From NCBI RefSeq assembly GCF_009914755.1, contig NC_060942.1: a DNA stretch of 64,000 nt; one strand, 5' to 3'. Shown here in pieces: positions 14,751 through 28,689 of the stretch. Source of the stretch: the human T2T-CHM13v2.0 reference genome, Homo sapiens. Below the pieces are notes generated by a model. It searched no databases and had not been told where the DNA came from. It saw only the letters and a program-made list of their open reading frames with translations. Position 1 is the first letter of the stretch. The number at the start of each line of letters is the position of its first letter. Both the position numbers and the translations under genes were made by a program.

Positions 14751-16525
14751 GGTTCATTTTCTATTTATTTGAAATGAAAAGTGAGGATTATATTTTTAAG
14801 TTGTTTTTAGACAACTTACTTGGTTTGCTCATATCCTGTATTTCCAAGTTATCAGTCATAAGGTATTACTTTCATATCACTGTTTCAATTTGTAGTTACA
14901 CTTTTAAGTGCTTACTATATTGAATGACTCACTTATTTCCACCTTGATGTTCTGTTAGGGCAGAGAACTTGCTTCTTTTGTTCAACATTCTATGCTCATC
15001 TGAAGGACAGAGGACATGATGGAAGTTTGTTACTTAATAGCCAGCAAGTTACATATATTTGTATTGAGAGTGTATAAAGATTAGGGAAGAGTGACCAAGG
15101 GCAGGAATCTTTTTTTTTTTTCTCTCTCCAGCTTCCTTTTTAGTGTCACTCCCACCTCTTCCCCTGAAGCCCCAAAGCTCTTTGGGCAGAATATCAGAGT
15201 ATACTTACATTTGTTTTCCATTATGTCTGTCACCCTTTCACATAGAAAGCCTTTCAATAAGTATAAAGAGACATTGAATGAATAAATGCTAGCTTCTATT
15301 GAACATTCATAGCTCTTACACTCAAGAAGCTCATTTGTCTAGTAAAATAGAGAAGAGTACGGAGCAATGAACTGTGAGTTCTAATGATCGTGGAAGTCTG
15401 TCTATTTCCAAGGATCACTATCTGCTCTGAAATTTGTTTTCCCTGCTGGTCTTATTCTTACACAGTGCAGCAAGTTGGCCTACTTTTGGCTCTGTCCTTG
15501 ATACTTTTATTAAACACCTACTAATCTGAGACATCTTCCTCAAACACATCTTTTTGTTCTTTCATTAAATCTGACAATACAGAATTAGTACTCCAAGAAG
15601 TTTCCCAGGCATGTTGTTATTTGGTTCTTGTGGATTCTTTTATTTAAATAGCTTTTAAAACTCCTTGCTTTTTAATTCTTGGAGAAGTTAGGGCTAAATT
15701 ATGCCTTTTTTTTTTTTTTGTGACAGTGTACTTTTCTTCCAAACTCTTTGTGACTTCCTGTGAATTCTGTTAAGAAACCTGTGTTCCTTTAAAAAGAGAG
15801 AATGAATTTTTTTTTTTCCTGTTTCTTGACCTATCCCCATCCTAGAATGGGCATCCTAGTGAGGATTATTTCTTCATGAGTAATTGAAACAGTTTGTCCT
15901 ACTTTTACCTTTCTGCTTAACAGAATGCAGATTTTCTCTTTGGAAAGATATAAATCACTGACATTACAGACCCAAAATTAAATATAAATTGTTATGCCAC
16001 CTGTGTCTATTGTTCATTTTTGGTCTTTAGTATCTATAGAAGTTCGTGGATTGGAGATAACTAGAAGTTGCTTTGAACTGATGAAAACCACTCAAGTATA
16101 TCTACATTGTTATCAGCACCCATAAGAGATGAAGTGACATAGGTTATGGGCTAATTAGAATAGCTGTTACAACTTACATAGTGCTTTATAGTTTTATAAA
16201 ATTAATAAAAAAATTTAATATAATTAATAACTAATTATTTCACTTACATTGAGCAGTAAAGGTAAACGGCTTTATGGTTTGAAGAGCCAGAAGAGACTGT
16301 GTTAGCTGGAGTTTAGTGAGTTCGTTGGAGAGGTGAAGGAGATTATTCTGAAGAGGAAGGCAGCTATGGATCATTTAGCAATTGTGATAGCTAGTTCTAG
16401 ACTTTTTCTGCTGCCTAAAGTCCAGCCAAGAGCTGACTTTGCCATCTCTAAACTCTACACACCTGCTCCCTTGCAATGGAACAATTAATTGTATTATTTG
16501 CTTGGACTCTCTGATAAGTAAGCGC

Positions 16526-17075
16526 TGTGCTAGCTAGTCTCTTAGGATGGCCCTCAATGAAATATGCCTTCTGATAGTCACACTCTTCCACATTATATTA
16601 CCTTGTGACTGATTTTAACTGTTATAATGCAGCAGAAGTGATGCTGCGTCTGTTCCAGGCAAGACAGCGTGACAGCTTTGGTTTCTTCACATGTTAGGAA
16701 CATTAAGCCATCATGTAAGAAGTCCAGCTATTCTGTTGGAGTGACCAAGTTGAAAAACCACTTGGAGAGGGAGCAGCACTGAGAATACGTGGGGAAAGAG
16801 AGGCCCTACCACCCTGGTATCCCGGCTAAGCCCACCCTTTATCACCAAGGTGTTAGAAATGTGAGTAAAGCCAGCTTGGATGTTCCAGCTCTAACCACCC
16901 AATGAATACAATATTATGACTACTGATAAGTGAGACTACAAGAAAAAATTATTTAAATGTCTCTCAAGAAGATGATTTTGCCAAAAAAAAGATAATGAGA
17001 AACAATAAAATGAATGTCGTTTTAGGCCACTAAGTTTTAGGGTGGTTCGTTATGTAGTAATAGGTAAATAGGACA
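16526..17075 (+). mobile_element. MLT1-type MaLR solo LTR (MLT1G/H-like), sense to the gene
   Basis: TG...CA ends; gcagaagtgatgctg, agccatcatgtaagaagtccagcta, AATAAA at 17004-17009, ttttaggccactaagttttagggtggttcgttatgtagtaatag. Confidence 0.8.
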
Positions 17076-17834
17076 GGCATCTAGGAGACATTTTGAGTGG
17101 TAACTGTACAATTCTGTGGAAATCATAAAATTAGCTCAAAGAAATACACAGAATTTTTGCTGTCAATCTCAAAGTCAGGTACAGGAGACAGACATGCAAA
17201 CAATTTCCATAGCATAAATGGTACCTTTAATTTTGCAATCGGTTTTGCACTCAACAATATCTTTCCTGTGAAGGCATACAGATTTTTCTCATTCTTTTTG
17301 ATTATAGCATTTCATAGTGTGTGTGTACTCTAGTTTACTTAACAGTTCTCACTATTGATGAACATTTTCATTCTTTTGTGTCTAATTTTTCTGTATTGCA
17401 AATATGGTGCACAAATGTGAATTTCTCTAGTATAATTTAAACTTATTTTCATAGTGACTGTACCAGTTTTAGTACTGGCATGCTGTCCATACATTCTTTA
17501 GTAGCTCTTATACAATTGAGATAGGTCATATTTGGTATTCAAATAGGAAAGCTAATCATATGCTATATGGGAGATAATATATATTAGCAGCAAACATAAA
17601 TTCTAGAGCTAGTGAAAATGGCTTTAGAACATTTCTAATTTGTCTGGATAGTTTTAGTAAAGGAGGAAAAAAGTTCCCACCACATTCTCCCACATCCAAA
17701 CTTAATTTACCATTGCCAGTTCTTTGCTCATAGGAAATTAGCAGTGGATCAACTATTGTATCATAAATACAAAACTAATATTCGAGAAACGACAGAATTG
17801 AGTTTCACTTAAAGCTCTTAGTACATCAGTAGAG

Positions 17835-18014
17835 AGGATAGCAGACTGGTGGTAGGAGTATAGGCTTTAGAATCATATAGTCTGGGGTTTAAATCCTAGC
17901 TTGGCCACTTCATAGTAGTAGTTGATAGTCATCTGCAAACTGGGGTCAAAATAGTCTACAAAATAGTGTGGTTATAAAAAGTGCCTATAATTTGGCATGT
18001 AAATAAATGTTATT
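17835..18014 (+). mobile_element. MIR SINE
   Basis: ggctttagaatcatatagtctggggtttaaatcctagcttggccactt. Confidence 0.7.
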
Positions 18015-19524
18015 TTTTTCTCCATTCCTATAGGAAGTATATAAACTCTTATTACTAATTTTTACTGTTACTTCGTTCGTACAAGCAAAGGATGTAAAAT
18101 GACCTTTTACATTTTCATTTATTTTGAAAACCAGTTTGGAGCATATTGCGAAGTGAGTAAGAATAGAGGCTTCCAATGACTGCATGAAATAATACCACCT
18201 GTTATATTTTGCATCTATTACTTTATTTGAGTTTTGGGAGTAAGAATAGATGTTAATACTTGAATTTTATTGATGTGGGTTCAGAAAGGACATAGTTTGA
18301 AAATGGAGTATTAAGGTTGGAACTCTGGTCTACCAGCTCCTACTCTAGCACTCTTTTCTGTAGGTCACATTGTCTGATCTTCTTTTGGTTTCCTTGTGAC
18401 TATTTCTAGGTCTCTTTCCATGTTGCTAGCATATTTGTCTATTATTCCACCAGAGCCACCACGATATTTAGTTCCTGCTTTTTGTAATCATGCTAAGCTT
18501 ATTAATAACTTTTCATACATTTTCATATAGAAATTACCTCACATGAAAGGGAATTATTGGAAGAAAGCTAAATTGATATTACTTTTTTTTATTACAATGA
18601 ACTTCAGACTTTTTGTGTGACATTAGTATTTTTATTTCTGAAATAGTATGACCACATAGTTGTGATGAGTTGAGGAAGAGAAAGAAGATTGATAGTGAAG
18701 ATTTTTAATTCTGCAAGAGAGATGAAATTGGTGGCAGTGTTTGCTGTTCTTATAGGAAAGCTGTCATGATATGGACAATGAAGCAGAAGAAACTGATATA
18801 GATAAGCTACTATGTAAAGCTTTGATGTCCAGTTTTGCTTTATACTGTCAATTTGTTTAGAAGGAATGAGAGGGTGTTGATTTTTAGTATTACAGTTTCT
18901 AATTCAAAACCTGGTTCTAATTTGAGGTCCTTGGAACTTACCAGGAATTCTCTATGGATTTGAAGAGTCAATGAATTATTAAAGTTATAAAACTAAGGTT
19001 AGATTGGTATGTAAGACCTCACAGGACTCTACCAACTGCTATTCTAGAAAATTGAAGTCTTTTATCACCGTTGCCTAAAATTAAAGCATACATGCATATG
19101 TGTGAGCTTAAACCTTAGAGTATTAATGTGCAAACCCAGAAAAATACCTTATTACCTGTAACTGTCATTTTTTCATGTTGGTTAGATACATTGAAAGATG
19201 GGAAGAAAAGAGAAAAAGTGGTTTATTTCCCATTCATGAAACTATTATTATAATTTCATCTCTTTGTAATAGTCAAAATACAAGAAATATAGGAACACGG
19301 AGATAATTTCAGGAACAACTTCATTATTCTTTATCATGTCAAAATATGGCAAATTATGGACCTTTTTAAAAAAAATTTAATTGTTTTTCTTTAAAAAATA
19401 ATGATTTGTCTCTTGCCAAGTTTCTTATCCTGCTAATTGCGTATGGTTTCTATTGTGTATAGGAAAGTATCATATGTGAAGTGTACATTGCCATTCTGAC
19501 ATTTTTGGTCCTTCTTTCTACTAG

Positions 19525-19674
<150 letters not shown>

Positions 19675-20832
19675 TAAAATATTTTCTGTAAATTTTTAAA
19701 TTAACAATTTTTTGATAAGAATTATTATTAGGTATCTTACAAATATAGGATTATCAGGGTTAACCCCTGTAGCTGGGAATTCTATGCTAATAACTGGAAA
19801 ATTGGAGATATCAGCCTTCCCTATATTTTAACGTAATGTCAAACTATGAAGTAGGTAGTGGATATTCAAAGATGTTCTAAATATCATATGAGTGAAGCCT
19901 ATGCAGACTTAATGCCTCAGTGGTGTGTTCTCTGTCATATCAGCTCATGTTCAAGTCAGCGTTGGATAAATCTTCCATCAGCACAGTGCCAGCTTTTCAC
20001 TTCAGTTACCATAAATCATTTCAGCAAGTTCTCTCTTCAATTAATTTATTACTTGTCTATGTACTACATATAGGACTCCGCACCCTCTATAAAGTTACAT
20101 GATTTAGGTGATTTTTTTCTTGACCTTGTATGTGAGCCAGTGTGTATGTTTAAATAAAGATGGCTTCAATGAGAGTCCTGCCAAAAGTTGTAACAAGAAT
20201 AGTTTACTTTTTTGTATATTTGCTCTAAAATACCAGATGTTAGGCCTAATGTTCCACATCTAGAGAACAGAAACAATAATTATATTAATCAAATTAGGAG
20301 AGAAGGACATCAATTTGTGATTTGTCTAATTTATAATGACCATAAGGCACAACTTACTTAATTTATATTCTCCAAATAATTTTCAGCAGGTAGAAAGAGA
20401 GAAGTTTTTAATTTTACAGTGAACTATTACAAAAGTTAGATTTTAGCATTATTCTTTTATTTTAAAATAAAGGTAGTGATGTTTAACAACATTTATATTC
20501 AATTCTCGTATTTGGTACCTTTTCTAAATTTATTCATAATACATTCCTATATACATAAACTGGAAGGAAGCCTTTTTAATTTTTATAATAGTCACATTTC
20601 AAAAAGAGTTTACTCATAATACTAACTTATATTTTTCTCTTCTTAAACTTAGATATCACTGGGTATAGAAAACGTAATGTTAGAGTTTGCCCAGCCTTTT
20701 TCATATTTTTACATTTTAATTTCTTTGAAAGAAATTACCATTACCACCGCATTACTATTACAAAATAGACTATAATATGCTTCATAAAGCTGAAGAATTT
20801 AAGTAACCTCTTCAGACCTTTATCATTTATTA

Positions 20833-21115
20833 TTTCTTTTTTTTGTTTGTTTTTTTTGGGGGACAAGGTCTTGCTGTGTCACCCAGGCTGGAGTACACTG
20901 GTATGCTTAGTGCAGCCACAAACTTCTGGACTCAGGCAGTCCTCCTGATTAGCTTCCCAAGTTGCTAGGACTACAGGCCTGGCTAATATTTTTAAAATTT
21001 TTTGTAGAGTCAGGGTCTGGCTATATTGCCCAGGATAGTCTCAGACTCCTGGCTTCAAGCAGTCCTCCCACCTCCCAACGTGCTAGGATTACAAGTGTGA
21101 GCCACCATGCCTGGT
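20833..21115 (-). mobile_element. Alu (AluJ-type, diverged)
   Basis: polyT/TTTG tail + Alu antisense. Confidence 0.9.
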
Positions 21116-21218
21116 GATTTTATGTTTTAGATGTAAAGCCATTTATAAAGGTGTTTTGGGTCAAGGCTAATCACCCGCTTAGACTTCATTGTATTTTCAC
21201 TTTATCATCACCTTAGTA

Positions 21219-21564
21219 TAGTCATGTGCCTCATCATATCATTTCAGTCAACCGCAGATCACATGTACAATGATGGTTCCGTAAGATTATAGTACTTTAT
21301 TTTTACTGTACTTTTTCTCTTTTAGGTATGTTTAGATACACAGATACCTAACTATTGTGTTACAGTTGCCCACAGTATTCAGTACAGTAACCTGAAGTAA
21401 CAAGTTTGTAGCCTAGGGGTAATATGCTACACCATATAACCTCGGTGTGCTATAGGCTATACCATCTAGATTTGTGTGTTTACATTTCATGATGTTTACA
21501 CGACTAAATTGCTTAATGATGCATTTCTCAGAATGTACACCTGTCGTTAAGTGACATGTGACCA
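21219..21564 (+). mobile_element. Tigger3a (MER7A) MITE, full length
   Basis: TA|tagtcatgtgcc ... taagattata ... tttagatacac ... gcatttctcagaatgtac...tcgttaagtgacatgtgac. Confidence 0.85.
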
Positions 21565-22210
21565 TGTTTGCTTTTTTATTTTAAAGGGGACACAATTATA
21601 TAAATAACTTTTTTTTATGTTGGAACAAGAAGTAATTATTCCGCAGTATATTTAAAGTGTGGATAAAAATTTACAAATGACAAATCATTTTAAGACCATT
21701 TATAAATTGCGAAAAACTTGTAAAGGCTATACTTGGTAAACTCAAATGGCCTCTGTTCTTAGGTTGCACACTTTTCTTCCTTTTGATTTTTGTTACACAT
21801 ATTGATTTCTATGGTTTAGTCATATAAGTTAAGGGTGAACTTAGCTTAAAATTGTTAGAAGGAAAAACCATTCTTTTTATTTTTGAAATAAAATAGTTCT
21901 CATGAACATGTGTGCAAAATACCTTCAAGATTATAAACCCAAACTACTGAATAAACCAAAAATGTTAAATTTGAGAAAGCAGTTATAAGTGCATAGTAGA
22001 CACTACTGAATAAACAGTAGTGCTGTCTATAATAAAATAATAGTGCTGTGTAAAACACACTACATGTATATAATAAAATAAAAATGTGTTATGTTTTGAC
22101 TTGTATTTGATAGATACATGTATTACTGAATTAGGAAAAATGATACATACTGATCCTTTAAGAGAATGTTGAAAATAATCATTTTTCATGAAAATCATTT
22201 TTTTTTTCAG

Positions 22211-22306
22211 AGTGAAAAACGAAGTTCTAATTTCATGTACCTGATGGTTGAATTTCGATGTGTCAAGTGTGATGATAAGGAATATGGTATTGTTTATTAT
22301 GAAAAG
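22211..22306 (+). CDS. PIK3C3: PIK3C3 exon ~6 (S207-K238)
   Basis: ttttttcag|AGT GAA AAA ... GAA AAG|gtattt; [32 protein letters not shown]; 96 nt, phase 0-0. Confidence 0.98.
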
Positions 22307-22935
22307 GTATTTCCCTTGGAACTGTTTTTGGTCTCTAAAGTAGAGGGGAGAGGAAACATTAAAAAAATATTGTTGTTCCTGCTGGGATGAATTATTTGGT
22401 TGCAGGGTAGCAGCAGACAGCTGTCAGCAGCAGCTGTTTATGTATACAGAAATCAAATCATATAACTACAGCAAGATTACAAAAGCCTATCACTCATGTA
22501 ATGCAGTTCTGGGTTACAGAATTCAATAAGTATGCAAGTGATTAAAAACTTTGTGATTAATTGTTCTGCAAATTGGCAAGTAGGACACTAAGTAATGGCT
22601 TCATTTACTAATATTATTTATTTAAAAAATGAAAGGGGGAAATTATATTTCTAAGTGGTAGGCTATTTATTGAAAGTTAAGAGTCTGTTTGTTATTTGAG
22701 TGTATGTGTAATGTCTATATGTGGCCCTCACTGAAGTATACTTATGAAATACTTCAGAAATGTCCATTTGTACAATAGATGCAAAATTAAGACAATTTTA
22801 CCATCAGGCTGGGTAATAACAAATATGCAGTTATAGATTTGCTTTGTTCTGCCCATTATGCTACAGAAAGTAGTTCTGTGTTTATTATGTACCTACTTGA
22901 AAGTATCTTCCTTAAATGCTTGTAGAAGGTGCTTC

Positions 22936-22990
22936 ATTTAAGTACTACAGAAATAATTATATATTTAAGTACTACAGAAAATAATTGTAT
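22936..22990 (+). repeat. 27/28-bp tandem duplication
   Basis: atttaagtactacagaaataattatat followed by atttaagtactacagaaaataattgtat. Confidence 0.9.
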
Positions 22991-22993
22991 GCA

Positions 22994-23133
22994 GGCCAGG
23001 TGTGGTGGCTCATGCCTGTAATTCCAGCACTGTGGTTGGCTGCGTGGGAAGATTACTTGAGCCCAGGAGTTTGAGACCCGCCTGGGCAACATGGCGAGAC
23101 TCCATCTTTATTTAAAATAAATATAAAAAAAAA
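22994..23133 (+). mobile_element. FLAM_C-type Alu monomer
   Basis: ggccaggtgtggtggctcatgcctgtaa...gcctgggcaacatggcgagactcc + A-rich tail; TSD ends tgtatgca. Confidence 0.88.
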
Positions 23134-23645
23134 TGTATGCATAGTTTGAAACCACATAAAATATCTTCTATTATTGTGTTAATAGTCAACAAATGTTAAA
23201 TCAGCATAAATGATGACAGACTTTTGATACATGGCATAGTAGTAGATTAATATTTCTTCTAGCATATGACCAAGCTGATATGCAGTGTATTTGTTCATTA
23301 GAAGCAGTCCTTTTAAATTAAATTTACATTTTATTGTTGTTTATTAAAGCTGTCACAAGTGATTTTTAAAATATGTATACTTTTATAAATTACTATTTGA
23401 AAGGTTTTCATAATGAAGGTTTGAGTTTTTACAGTTTATTTATGATCTTTTTTCAAGTTACTGTTCATATTTTTGTCTTTAACTCATATCCCTTTCACGT
23501 TAGTGAAAGACTAGGAAGTGTTAACTTGTTTCTGCCTTTTATTTTATAAATGGTACTCCTTGGATAGATTATTTAACATTGTTTATTAATTTATTAGAAA
23601 AAATACATCAAAACAAGGGAAATGTGAGTGAAACTGTTCTGTCAC

Positions 23646-24717
23646 CAGTGCATTTTAATAAAATCGTATTTTACATTTTAAACTATATGTCATTTCATTA
23701 AAGGCAGTATTTTCTGCCCATATAGAGTTTGTATTGCAAAAACATGCTAATGGAGATGGTACTTTCAAACACTGGAGATGTGAAGGATCCTTTGAAAGAC
23801 AGCTTGATAGCAGATGAAATAATAACAGAATAGAAATTAGAAGAATTTCAAGTATTTTTGAAAAGGTTCTTGACCCCTTTCTACCACTTCCTGAAAATTG
23901 CTCATAAATTAATGCCTGTCTACCCACCCTGTCATATTTCCACTTAGTGTAAAGATTGCTGGGCCAGTGTATTGAATCTAATGGAAATAGACTTTCTTGT
24001 CACCTGTCTTGTGACAGATAGCCTTAGTGAAGATTACTTGTCACAACTAGGCTGATAAATGTGTTTTCTGGTGTTGTGACTGAGAACAAGCCTGTTAAAC
24101 AACGGCTGTGGGAATTTGTGGTTTTCTGTAAGACTCAATTACTGAACTGAAGTAAAGTTACAGTGCTTCCCCGCTTTCAGTCTCTCTTGAGTTTGTTGCC
24201 CATATTTAAAATTGAAAACATACTAGCATTTGGAAATTGACAGAAAAGCTTGATGCTAAATATACAGTCATGAGAAAGTGAATTTTGACCTTAATTAGTT
24301 TAGCCTTTTTCCAGTATATTTGGCAGTGACATTTTTATGTTGAATTACCTTTCTCACATTGGAGAAAAATAAAAGCCAACATTCTTCAAAGGTGATAATA
24401 CCAACAAAATAGGATGGCTTTATTTCTGAAAAACTGATTGATTGATTTTATTATTCAAGTTTAGATTATGTTGAGCAGGTGTCCCTTTGAGAAACAACGT
24501 TGTTGATTCTCTAGCTGTGTGTAAATTTGAGTAATATTAACCCTACACTTAAAATTCTGCTTCTTTGAATGGATCTCCATTATGATACCTTGAAAAATTA
24601 CCAACATCCACTTAGTTTTTGCAAATGATGCAACACATCCATTGTGCCACATTTTACATATAGTCTGTGGTTTCTTGTTCTGAGTTTGAAAATTAGCACG
24701 TTTTTAAAAATCCACTG
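23646..24717 (+). mobile_element. Decayed hAT (Charlie-like) DNA transposon with transposase remnants
   Basis: Imperfect TIRs cagtgcattttaataaaatcgt / acgtttttaaaaatccactg; frameshifted peptides TEL(N)VKLQ (24141-24163) and SIFGS-TFLC-ELPFS (24313-24356). Confidence 0.6.
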
Positions 24718-25021
24718 TCATTATATGAACGAAGTTTAAAAAAAAGGAACAACTCGAAACAATCTAATTTCCAGACCTCATACCTCTAAAACTTTAGTAA
24801 GAATTTTGTTAGAGTTTTTCTCAAAACAATTTCATAATCAACCAAGGAGAGGTACAAAGTGGACATGCATTTTATAATATTGTTAGAAGAAGATAAGGAT
24901 TTCTTTAAAGGGAAGAATGATGTTCATCAAATAGAATTAAAATACATTGATGTGTACATCATATACTGCTTCCTATTGTATTAAATTTCTTTTTTTAAAA
25001 AATTATTGCTCTGTAATCTAG

Positions 25022-25117
<96 letters not shown>

Positions 25118-25324
25118 TGAAAGTACTTTTCTTCAGAGTAATTGTGAGTTAGCCACATCATGTACTTTCTTTAAACAAAGTAATATATAACTGCCTCCGT
25201 TACCTAAAAGTGATTCATAAATTCACTTTAGCATCTAGGCACTGTTTCTGATGGAATTTTATGAGGAATATTAACATCTTAAAACTAAGGTAAGGGTAGA
25301 GTAGGGTTGGGCATCCACTTTGTT

Positions 25325-25690
25325 TGAATTGCTGAAAGAGCTAGGCAGTATACTCTTTTTTTTTTTCTTCAGGTTGGGGGGATATAATCTTGAAGTGAAG
25401 ACTTGGCAGAACTGGTATTTGAAAGATTGCCATCATACAGAAGGAGAATTTGCCTGTTACAGGAGGATTCTATAACCAGGATGAATGCGTGAAAGTTTTA
25501 GGGAGACCAATTTGTTGGAAAATAGGGAAGATTGCTGTAGCCCTAGAACTGTTCAATTTGGAACGTGGTAACTTGGATGATGGTGGGATACCTTCTTATT
25601 AACGAATTTTTGAGATGATAGCTTTCAGGGATATGAGGATAAGAATTCATACAATGCAAAAGAGGTTTAATTAGATGACTTTAGAATTAC
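25325..25690 (+). mobile_element. L3/CR1 LINE 3' fragment
   Basis: gctgaaagagctagg ... tatttgaaagattgccat ... gaggtttaattagatgacttta resemble the L3 3' region. Confidence 0.5.
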
Positions 25691-26234
25691 AAACTTGTAG
25701 GCACAAAATCCTTTTAGCAGCACGATAGTTACCATGATTTTTGCAGTTACAGCTCATTTACATCATTCCAACTCTTTTTGTTCTAATTTTATACATTTCT
25801 AATTAGATTAGTTACCTTCCTCATCAGACCAAAGTGGATTAAAATTGGGACATTGGATGATGAAAACATGATGATTGAGATAAGTACAGGTCATGAAAGC
25901 AGGAACGGCTGATGGCCTAATATCAAAGGAAGAGATGGGCAGCAGGGAAAGTAGAGTATAAAAAGTTAAAAAGAAAAGGCCACTTGCGGATCTGGTAGGA
26001 ACATTCTAAAGACCTTGATAGTTCCTATGCATAGTATAGTAGAATCCAGTTAATCCCAAATTGGCACTGAATTTTCAGTATAAAATCAAATTATATTTTA
26101 CACTTTTGATATTCAGAGCACACACTAAGTATGAAGAAATTCAGTTCAGCCTGCAGTTATAGTTATTTGTTAAATGCAGAAACACATTTTAAATGTAAAC
26201 TTTGGGTGGGGCTGAGATGATATACAGCTGTATC

Positions 26235-27105
26235 TGACAATAAAACAGACTATAATTACAATAATGTGGTAGTGACACACATGTGTAAACCAATATACTG
26301 GTTGAACAGAATTAAAAGCCCAGAAATACATCCAAGTATGCATGGAAATCTAGTATATGATATAGGTGGCATTTCTTCACTAAGTCATAATACTGAGGAA
26401 TGGAATTAATTTGGAAAAAAATAATAAAATTATATCCATAACTCATGCCATACATAGGAATAAACTCCAAATGGATCTGTAATCTAAATGTTAGGAAATG
26501 AAACTAGGCCAAACATGGTGGCTCATGCTTGTAATCTTAACACTTTTGAGAGGCCAAGGCAGGAGGATCACTTGAGCCCATGAATTCTAGACCAGTCAGG
26601 GAAACTGAGGGAGACCCCATCTCTACAAAAAAATAAAATAAATTAGCCAGGTAGTGGCACGTACCTGTAGTCCCAGCTACTTGGGAGGTTGAGGTAGGAG
26701 GATTGCTTGAACTCAGGAGGTCAAGGCTGCAGTGAGCTATATTCATGCCAGTGTGCTCCAGTTTGGTCAACAGAGCAAGATCCTGTCTCAAAAAAAGAAA
26801 CCACACTAGTATTTTACTGTCAGTGTAGGGAAAGACTTTTTAACTGTGACTCAGAATCCAGAGGCAATAAAATAAATGATTGATAAATTTAACTACATTT
26901 TAAAAATTACATGGCTGAAGAGACCAACAAAGCCAAAAGACAGTTAACAAACTGGGAGAAAATACTTAACTACATACATTACAGATATATTAAGGCTGAT
27001 ACATAAAGAACTCTTAAAAATGAAGGACAAAGGACCATAAAGCCATTAAAAAAATTAGGAATATGACATAGACAATTCACACATGCAATAAAAAATAAAT
27101 AATAT
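26235..27105 (+). mobile_element. Old L1M ORF2 3' fragment (sense), interrupted by an Alu
   Basis: gaacagaattaaaagcccagaaataca, taaactccaaatggat, ttgataaatttaactacatt, aactgggagaaaatact. Confidence 0.8.
26507..26800 (+). mobile_element. Alu (AluJ-type)
   Basis: aggaggatcacttgagccc, ggtcaaggctgcagtgagcta are AluJ diagnostics. Confidence 0.94.
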
Positions 27106-27641
27106 AAATTTATATCTTGTTTTAGGCAATGACAGTATGGTTAAAACTAATAATTTTGTCCATGGGTAAAATAGCACCAGATGTGTATATTCAAGCGTTG
27201 TGATTATTGTCCTTGCCCTCAGTAACTGATAGCTTAAATAACTGCTAAGATGATAATACAGTGACATCACAAGGTCATTAGTAGCTGACAGGAGGAAGGA
27301 ATGCTTTAGTCTATGTTGTCAGGGAAGATTTTACAGTGATGGTGATATTTGATTGGTTAGAGGATATGGAAACCTTGAATATGTGGAGAGTGAAGGGACG
27401 ATGTTTTAAGAAGCTGTAATGACGTGTGTATTATGGGACTAGTGGAGTTTAAGGCATACTTAGTTTCCCAGTCTTGAGAAGGATACATATTTTTAAGATA
27501 TGTAGAAGACTGCTAAAGTTGTATCAGAACAAAACATTAGATATTATTAAATGCTCCTAAGTACCTTTTCTATTTATGAATAGCTTTTGAAATTTCCTTT
27601 TGGTGAAGTTTACATTGTCAATATTTTAAAATAATTTGTAG

Positions 27642-27758
<117 letters not shown>

Positions 27759-28389
27759 TGAAATATTAATTTAAAAATAGTTAAATGGGTGTTCTGGTTG
27801 AAACTGATAGCTATCACCTCACTTAAAAATTATTTAGATGCACATTTTCTCCAGGTTGATGAATCCTACATCATGTTCATAATTTCACAGATCAGCAGTT
27901 CTGTTATCATTTGGGGCTTTCCATAAATGTGTTATCTCTGGAGACAGAACTGCATATACTGTATACTTTCATGTCAGTAGTATTCTTAGAAGCTGGCCCT
28001 AAGACATTGCCTGAGAGGACTTAGTGTGTACACATGCCTTGTTGTATGCATTGACTTTAAAAGAGTTTATTGTGTGCACATTTTTCCTTTTTCTGGTAGA
28101 AGACGTTGTTATTTTGCTAGGTTTTGTTTCTGGTTGAATTAAATGAACTCTCCAGTTAAATATTTTCCTATGGAATATGACTTTATCTTCTTTTCTTCTC
28201 CTTTAAACTGCATTTTGGACACATAATTATAACAAATTTAAGGCCTACTTGACTGAGTTTACATTTTCCTTGCTTGTGTAATAATTGTAGTATAGAATTA
28301 TTTAAATAAATGAAAAATATTAAGTGAAATGGAAATATATAGGACATGTATTGTTGACAAAATTAGTTCTTTTTCTTTTTTTGTTTTAG

Positions 28390-28581
<192 letters not shown>

Positions 28582-28689
28582 TAAAGAAAAGTTACAGAGC
28601 AGTATATATGAGACTCCATTTTTTAAAAAAATTATGAAATTCTGCATACAAAGACACCTGTACCTGTTTGTTGACTCATAGACAATGTC

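Noticed and set aside
22307-22320. Exon ~6 donor GTATTTCCCTT as a U12-type intron
   Set aside because: Does not match GTATCCTT, and there is no TCCTTAAC branch site before the next acceptor.
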